Shown: one piece after another, positions 58,641 to 64,000 of the stretch
How the letters are laid out: each line of letters opens with the position of its first letter
Numbering within the stretch: the first letter of the stretch is position 1
From: an uncultured bacterium
GTDB taxonomy: Bacteria; Actinomycetota; Acidimicrobiia; Spongiisociales; UBA5794
Assembly: GCA_963777645.1 (NCBI GenBank)
Contig: CAVZRA010000004.1
Coordinates: forward strand, 141,806-205,805
Length of the DNA: 64,000 bases
Reading direction: 5' to 3'
Notes under the pieces: generated by a model
What the model was told of the DNA's origin: nothing
Seen by the model: the letters and a program-made list of their open reading frames with translations, nothing else
The model's database searches: none
Position numbers and translations under genes: made by a program

Positions 58641-59531
58641 GTGACATTCGGATTGTTTGGCCAAACGACCGGCGGAGACGAAACTGCCGCTGTGAGCACC
58701 AACGGCACCCCAAGACGCGACCTGCCTTCTGCCGCCCTCAACTACGACCGGATCGAGGCTCAGCTCGAGGCGGCGGAAGCAGCAGTCTTCCTCGACTACG
58801 ACGGGGTGCTCTCGCCGATTGTCTCCCATCCAGACCTGGCCGTGTTGTCCGATGAGACACGTGCCGTCCTCACCGAACTTGCATTGGTGACGACAGTCGC
58901 CGTTGTGAGCGGGCGAGACGTCGACGACGTCATGGGCAAGATCGCAGTGCCAGGCATCTATTACGCCGGGAGTCACGGCTTCGACATCGTCGCCCCGAAC
59001 GGCCAGCCGGTGGAGGACGAGAGCCTCGATCGCTTCTCCGTCTATCTCGAACCGCTGGACCGGGCTACCGAGATGCTCGAGGCAAGAGTTCGTGATATCG
59101 AGGGTGCTCAGGTCGAGCGTAAACGGTTTGCGATTGCCGTCCACTACCGCAGGGTCGCTGCCGACGACTATGCGCGCCTCGAAGGCGCCGTGGCCGAGAC
59201 TGCCCCCGAAGTGCCGATGCTGCGTGTTGAATCGGGCAAGAAGATCTTCGAGTTTCGACCTGATTTCGAATGGGACAAAGGCAGCGCGCTCGAATGGCTG
59301 CTCCATGAGCTCGGGCTGGATGGGCCCGGGGTCGTGCCGCTCTATCTCGGCGACGACACAACAGACGAGGACGCCTTCCGGGTGATCAGAGATTACGGGA
59401 TCGGGATCGTCGTCGGCCGCGACGGCTACCCATCGCTCGCCAGTTACATTCTCGAGGACACCGACGAGGTGCGCCTGTTCCTCTCCAGGCTCGTCAGATC
59501 GTTGCGAGCGAAGTCAGGCGAACTGGACTGA
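58641..59531 (+). CDS. otsB: trehalose-phosphatase
   Basis: HAD motifs FLDYDGVLSP, VVSGR, LGDDTTDEDAF; start uncertain (GTG 58641 or 58692). The upstream part of the 366-aa ORF overlaps the small membrane-protein gene. Confidence 0.85.
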   Translation: MTFGLFGQTTGGDETAAVSTNGTPRRDLPSAALNYDRIEAQLEAAEAAVFLDYDGVLSPIVSHPDLAVLSDETRAVLTELALVTTVAVVSGRDVDDVMGKIAVPGIYYAGSHGFDIVAPNGQPVEDESLDRFSVYLEPLDRATEMLEARVRDIEGAQVERKRFAIAVHYRRVAADDYARLEGAVAETAPEVPMLRVESGKKIFEFRPDFEWDKGSALEWLLHELGLDGPGVVPLYLGDDTTDEDAFRVIRDYGIGIVVGRDGYPSLASYILEDTDEVRLFLSRLVRSLRAKSGELD

Positions 59532-60389
59532 CCGTTTGGCGAAGCCGAACTGGAAATCGTCGATGACGGTGAGCGGAGCCTGTTGCGGGTCCGTTGCCGC
59601 ACCAATAGCGACGAACAGCGGCGTGTAGTGCTCGACCGTCGGATGCGCATAAGGCATCCCGGGCGCTTTCTCGAAAGTCGCCAGTGTCTCGATGTCACCA
59701 CGCTCCAGGGCTTCCGCTACCCAGGCGTCGAATTCGGCAGACCACCCGGGAATGACGTTCTCCTCGAACATTTCCCTTGTGGCAAATCGGAGGCCATGAG
59801 TCATGAATCCGGATCCGATTATCAGCACACCCTCGTGTCGCAGCGGCGCCAGTCGCCTTCCCAGTTCCATCAGACGACCCGGATCCTGGGTGGGCATGCT
59901 CAATTGCAGAACCGGTACATCCGCATAGGGATACATCACCTTGAGCGGAACCCAGGCGCCGTGGTCGAGGCCGCGGCTGTTGTGCTGGTACACGGGCTCG
60001 GAGTCGGCCATCAGCGCCGTGACCTTCGTCGCCAACTTCGTGGCATCCGGGGTGGGGTATGTCATCTGGTAGTAGCGGCGGGCGAAGCCTCCAAAGTCGT
60101 AGACGAGAGGGGTGGCGGCCTCCGGCGAAGACAACGCAAGCGGCGCCGTCTCCCAGTGGGCGCTGACAATGAGGACCGCGGTCGGCCGCGGCATGGTCAG
60201 AGACCAGGTGGACAGCTGGTCGATCCAGTGGGCATCGTCGAACACCGGCGGCGCCCCATGGCTCAGATACAGCGCAGGCATTGGACCATCCGACTCAGAC
60301 CAGTCACGAAGTGCCCGGGTCTTTGCAGCCGACTCACTCATGAACGCATCAAACGCCGCACCGGGCGTTGCTGGTGTCATGATGCCCAT
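59514..60389 (-). CDS. class III extradiol dioxygenase (4,5-DOPA dioxygenase/LigB-like)
   Basis: GGAG RBS before ATG 60389; ..LYLSHGAPP.., ..VSAHWE.., ..LDHGAWVPL.., ..IGSGFMTHG. Confidence 0.9.
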   Translation of the reverse strand: MGIMTPATPGAAFDAFMSESAAKTRALRDWSESDGPMPALYLSHGAPPVFDDAHWIDQLSTWSLTMPRPTAVLIVSAHWETAPLALSSPEAATPLVYDFGGFARRYYQMTYPTPDATKLATKVTALMADSEPVYQHNSRGLDHGAWVPLKVMYPYADVPVLQLSMPTQDPGRLMELGRRLAPLRHEGVLIIGSGFMTHGLRFATREMFEENVIPGWSAEFDAWVAEALERGDIETLATFEKAPGMPYAHPTVEHYTPLFVAIGAATDPQQAPLTVIDDFQFGFAKRSVQFA

Positions 60390-60619
60390 GAGGTTCTCCG
60401 GATAATTTAGTTGAGCCGTCAGACTAACTCTATCGCAGTCCGCTGGGGTTCTTCGACGGTTCAGCGTCGCTGCACCCGATCGGGACGGGCTAGCGTCCGG
60501 GGAACCGTTTGCGGGGCTACGTTCGTACTGGTGATCAGGCGAGCGGCCCGATCCGGGAGGACCCTGCGGGTTCCCGATGACGGTCCCGACAGCACGACAC
60601 GAGGGAACGGACGCACGCA

Positions 60620-61385
60620 ATGGCAGCAGGATGGAATCGCAAGCTCATCGCATACTCCGTCGGAGGGGTGATCGTGCTCGTTGTGGTCGCCGTGGTCGCC
60701 TATTTCGTCTTGTTTGGCAACTCCCCCGATGAGGTCTCCCTGGAGTCGGCGGTCAACAGTGCGCAGTCGGCTTCTACAACGACCCAGACCGGGACCGGGA
60801 GCAGCGGAGCAACGGGATCCATTGATGGCATCGCCGGCAAGTGGGTGGTGGACACCTCTATCGGAGACTTCAGTTTTGAAGACGCCACATCGTCCTTCGT
60901 CGGTTTCCGTATCAAGGAGCAGCTGGCGACCATCGGCGCTACCGAGGCCGTCGGGCGTACGCCGTCCATTGATGGCTCGCTCACCATCGAGGGATCAACC
61001 GTCACCGAGGTTTCTCTGACTGCGGACATGACCGATATCGTCACCAACAACTCGCAGCGCAACAGTCGGGTCCAATCTGCTCTGTCAACCAGCGAGTTCC
61101 CAACGGCCAACTTCACTTTGACGCGGCCATTCGACATTCCGGCGAGTCTGTCGGACGGCGATCAGTTCAGCGTTTCCGCGGTTGGCGATCTGACCATCGT
61201 CGGTGTCACCAATGAGATCGAGATTCCACTCGAGGCTCAGGTTGTCGGCGATCTGGTAGTTGTCGTCGGCTCGGTCGACCTCAGCTTCGACGATTGGAAC
61301 GTCTCAGTTCCCTCGGCCCCGATCGTGGTATCAGTCAGCGGATCACGGTCTGCTCGAGATGCAGCTGTTCTTCGCCAGAGCCTGA
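60620..61385 (+). CDS. YceI-family protein with N-terminal TM anchor; frameshift at about 61340
   Basis: ..GKWVVDTS..SFVGFRIKE... The ORF frame runs on to 61492, but the family C-terminus DHGLLEMQLFFARA-stop is in the next frame and ends at 61385. Confidence 0.8.
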
Positions 61386-61392
61386 TCGCCGA

Positions 61393-62002
61393 TCACACGC
61401 CGAGCAGGGTGGCAACAGTCTGTGCCAACTCTTCGTATGCGCCTTCGCCGACATGGTCGAAGCGGATGAACCCGTTCTGGTCGAGCACATAGGTGCGCGG
61501 CCAATATGCCGGGCTGCCCTGCCAGGCGTGGAAATTATGCTTGCGAGTGTCGAGTGCAATCGGCCAGGTGACGCCAAGATCCTGAGCGGCAGACAGAATC
61601 GATCCCGGCTCACTCTCATAGTCGAACTCGGGGGCGTGAACTCCGACTATCTCCAGCCCCTGATTGTGGTACTCGGCGTAGATGTCTTGCAGGTAGGGGA
61701 TCGTGTTCTTGCAGTTGTAGCAACCGAACGTCCAGAACTGGAGGATGACGACCTGTCCACGCAGGTCGTCGAGGCTGGAGATGTCGGTCTGCAAGCCATC
61801 CGTCGAGATCGGTGAGGCCGAGGGCCTGGCCGAGCATGGCGGGCGCGGATGTGGTCGCGGTCGTCGCCTCCTCGAGGACGCTCGTTGTGGTGGCCGGCAC
61901 CCGGCTGGTCACCCCGGCAGCAGGATCGTCGTCGCCGCTGCGTAGGACGGCGACACCCACCGCAGCTACGAGTAGGACGAGCATTGCGAGCAGAGTACGC
62001 AT
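61393..62002 (-). pseudogene. TlpA/ResA-like thioredoxin-fold thiol-disulfide oxidoreductase, frameshift at about 61796
   Basis: Signal/TM start MRTLLAMLVLLVAAVGVAV (ORF 61616..62002) joins ..LTDLDGW/LQTDISSLDDLRGQVVILQFWTFGCYNCK.. (ORF 61393..61794). Confidence 0.75.
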
Positions 62003-62109
62003 GGGACAACCATGCCAGTGCCCGGCGCCGGATGTGGCGAAACCGCCATTACAAAAGGCTGAACATCACCTTGATATGCCCCGTCACCGCGTGGGACGAT
62101 AATGGCGCC

Positions 62110-63050
62110 GTGACCGACATCATCAACAGGATTCTGCCGATTCTGCTCCTACTCGGCCTCGGGTTCGGGATCAGACGGACCGGATTCCTCAGCTCGACGA
62201 CGATCGCAGATCTGCGCAAAGTCATCGTCAACCTGGCACTGCCCGCCGTCTTGTTCACCGCCTTCCTCGAGATCGAGCTGAAGGCGAGTGACTCGGTTCT
62301 TGTGGTCGTCACCTTTTTGCTGTGTGTAGCCCTCTACGGGCTGGGTAAGTTGCTCCAGCCGCGTTTTGGTGGAGGCAGGGAGTACTTCCCGTTCCTGATG
62401 ACCGGCTTCGAAGCCGGCATGCTGGGGATCAGCCTATTTGGCTCTGCATACGGTGTCGACCGCATCGCACACTTTGCCATCGTCGACCTCGGTCACGAGC
62501 TGTTCATCTGGTTTGTTTTCCTTGCTCTGCTGATGGCGAGACGTGACCGGGATACAGAAAGCAGGTGACCTTGCCAGGGCGTTCTTCACCTCGCCGGTGA
62601 TCATCGCCATCCTGGCCGGCATCCTCGCCAACCTCGCCGGGCTTGGGGAGTCGGTGAACGAGTGGCCGGTTGCCGGGGGAGTGATGGAGACACTCGGGTT
62701 CCTGGCAGGTCTCACCGTCCCGCTGATCCTGCTCGTGATCGGGTACGGCATCGACTTCGACACGGCGGGTTTTCGCGAGGCCGTAACCCCTGTGGCTGTC
62801 CGGCTGGCCGTTGTTTTGCCGCTGGCGCTGTTGTTGCCGCCGTTGCTGGTAGGCAAAGTGCTTGGTGGTGGTGAGTATGCCAGGGCGGCGATGTTCACGC
62901 TGATCATCCTGCCGCCACCGTTCATCTTGCCGCTCTACATGCGCCAGGGGATTCCCGACGAGCAGCGCTACGTCAACAACGTGCTCAGCCTCTATGCACT
63001 GGTATCGGTCTGCGATCTTCATCGTGTATCTGACGGTGAACCCCATCTGA
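62110..63050 (+). pseudogene. AEC-family (auxin efflux carrier-like) transporter, two frameshifts (about 62545 and 63010)
   Basis: GTG 62110 VTDIINRILPILLLLGLG..; second half in ORF 62543..63097; true C-terminus AIFIVYLTVNPI-stop at 63048-63050 in a third frame. Confidence 0.75.
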
Positions 63051-63124
63051 GCCGCATCCTCACACACGGCCCCTTGGGCAGGGACTTCCGCCTCTAGGTA
63101 ATTTGCACTACCTCGCTAGATTTA

Positions 63125-63136
63125 TAGGCATGCCTA
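63125..63136. promoter_or_regulatory. perfect palindrome TAGGCATGCCTA spanning the DtxR-like start codon (within a 20-bp imperfect palindrome 63121..63140)
   Basis: Read directly; resembles half-site content of DtxR/IdeR boxes (TAGG..CCTA), but spacing differs from the 19-bp consensus. Confidence 0.3.
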
Positions 63137-63849
63137 AACAATCACTGGCCGAACTGACAGCCTTGCCCGAACTCGGCTCGACGTCCGAGTCGGAGCAGAT
63201 GTACCTCATCACCGTGGCCAGGGCAATCGAGGCGGGGGCGATGGCGCCAGTCTCGATCTCGAAGATCGCAGCAGCTCTAAGGGTCTCCGTGCCATCGGCA
63301 AACGAGATGGTGCGCAAGCTCGACAGCAGGGGATTGCTGATCTATGAGCCGTATCACGGGGCTCGGCTCAGCGATGCCGGCCGGTATCTGGCCAATCAGG
63401 TGCTGCGCACCCGGAGGCTGTGGGCTACGTTTCTCGCCGATCACCTCGGCTTCAGCCCCACCGAGGCAGACGACCAGGCGTGCCACCTCGAGCATGCCAC
63501 CACCGCCGAGGCCGCCGATCGGCTCGCCGGGTTTCTCGGCAACCCGTCTGCCGGCCCTCTCGGTCAGCCGATCCCTGACAACGACATGACTACGGAGAAA
63601 CGACGCACGCTGGTCCTAGCCGATGTCGCGGTTGGAATCCCGGTGGAAGTCATCTCGGTTGCCGCGGACGGAGCGACGGCGGAGTTCCTGAAGTCGGAGG
63701 GCGTCAGTGTTGGCGCCCGCCTCGAAGTGATCGGCTTCGGCGGCTCCGGACTGCTCATCGAGGTTGGCAACGGTGTGGTTCACCTGACCGCCGGTCTCCT
63801 CCGGGGTATCGAGGTCCTGCCCGTGGAGGCAAACGATGCTTCCGCGTAG
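63130..63849 (+). CDS. DtxR/MntR-family metal-dependent regulator with C-terminal FeoA-like domain
   Basis: ..SEQMYLITVARAIE..VSVPSANEMVRKLDSRGLLIYEPYHGARLSDAGR..; C-terminal SH3-like ..GARLEVIGFGGSGLLIEV; TTG 63103 is an alternative start. Confidence 0.85.
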   Translation: MPKQSLAELTALPELGSTSESEQMYLITVARAIEAGAMAPVSISKIAAALRVSVPSANEMVRKLDSRGLLIYEPYHGARLSDAGRYLANQVLRTRRLWATFLADHLGFSPTEADDQACHLEHATTAEAADRLAGFLGNPSAGPLGQPIPDNDMTTEKRRTLVLADVAVGIPVEVISVAADGATAEFLKSEGVSVGARLEVIGFGGSGLLIEVGNGVVHLTAGLLRGIEVLPVEANDASA

Positions 63850-64000
63850 AGAGGCTGTTCGTGAGATCGCCACAAACGGGAGTGGCCCGCTCAGCCTGGT
63901 AGGTGCCAGACGCAACGACCGGGTCAGGGTGGTCCGTGTTGCTGGTCACCCGAGCCTCATTCAGCGGTTGGCCGCCCTCGGCATCGTGCCCGGAGTGGTG
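63836..64000 (+). CDS. feoA: FeoA-family protein, 3' end beyond the window
   Basis: ATG 63836 overlaps the end of the regulator gene; reads MLPRREAVREIATNGSGPLSLVGARRNDRVRVVRVAGHPSLIQRLAALGIVPGVV; open to the window edge. Confidence 0.65.
   Translation, partial: MLPRREAVREIATNGSGPLSLVGARRNDRVRVVRVAGHPSLIQRLAALGIVPGVV

Noticed and set aside
60390-60619. Possible structured leader or riboswitch upstream of the YceI gene (long-range GGGAACCG..CGGGTTCCC pairing)
   Set aside because: I could not match it to any riboswitch class by eye. The region is also a divergent promoter, so this is insufficient evidence.

Overview
GC-rich, actinobacterium-like chromosomal segment, judged from gene families and codon style; nothing was computed or searched. 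I read about 55 protein genes and one tRNA-Arg(ACG). I saw no rRNA, CRISPR array, transposase or integrase. Contents: a large beta-propeller/cadherin/SLH-like surface protein and other envelope lipoproteins; two FtsX/MacB-type ABC exporters, each beside a sensor kinase; a dense cyclic-nucleotide and response-regulator cluster; and a Tat-dependent molybdopterin oxidoreductase operon. In that operon the membrane subunits are fused to the two halves of a YeeE/YedE sulfur transporter and to a rhodanese-like domain; this is my top candidate for something new. Also present: an SDR-adenylate cyclase fusion just upstream of that operon; a DUF559 endonuclease-like gene bracketed by inverted copies of a 52-nt palindrome; two partial gene duplicates (marR 3' end, ADH internal piece) that each bracket a segment of about 5 kb; an intact drrAB-like pump with TetR next to ZIP, flavodoxin and cupin genes; glycogen and trehalose genes; and DtxR/FeoA at the right edge. 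The window carries roughly 40 apparent +/-1 frameshifts and they are strongly clustered. The clusters hit two divergent acyl-CoA synthetase genes, a second drrAB-like pair and a cNMP-binding gene, while neighbouring genes, including 2-3 kb ORFs, are intact. This is either locally poor sequence or very recent pseudogenisation. All calls come from manual reading of the ORF translations and the DNA. Family names are recognition of motifs, not search results.
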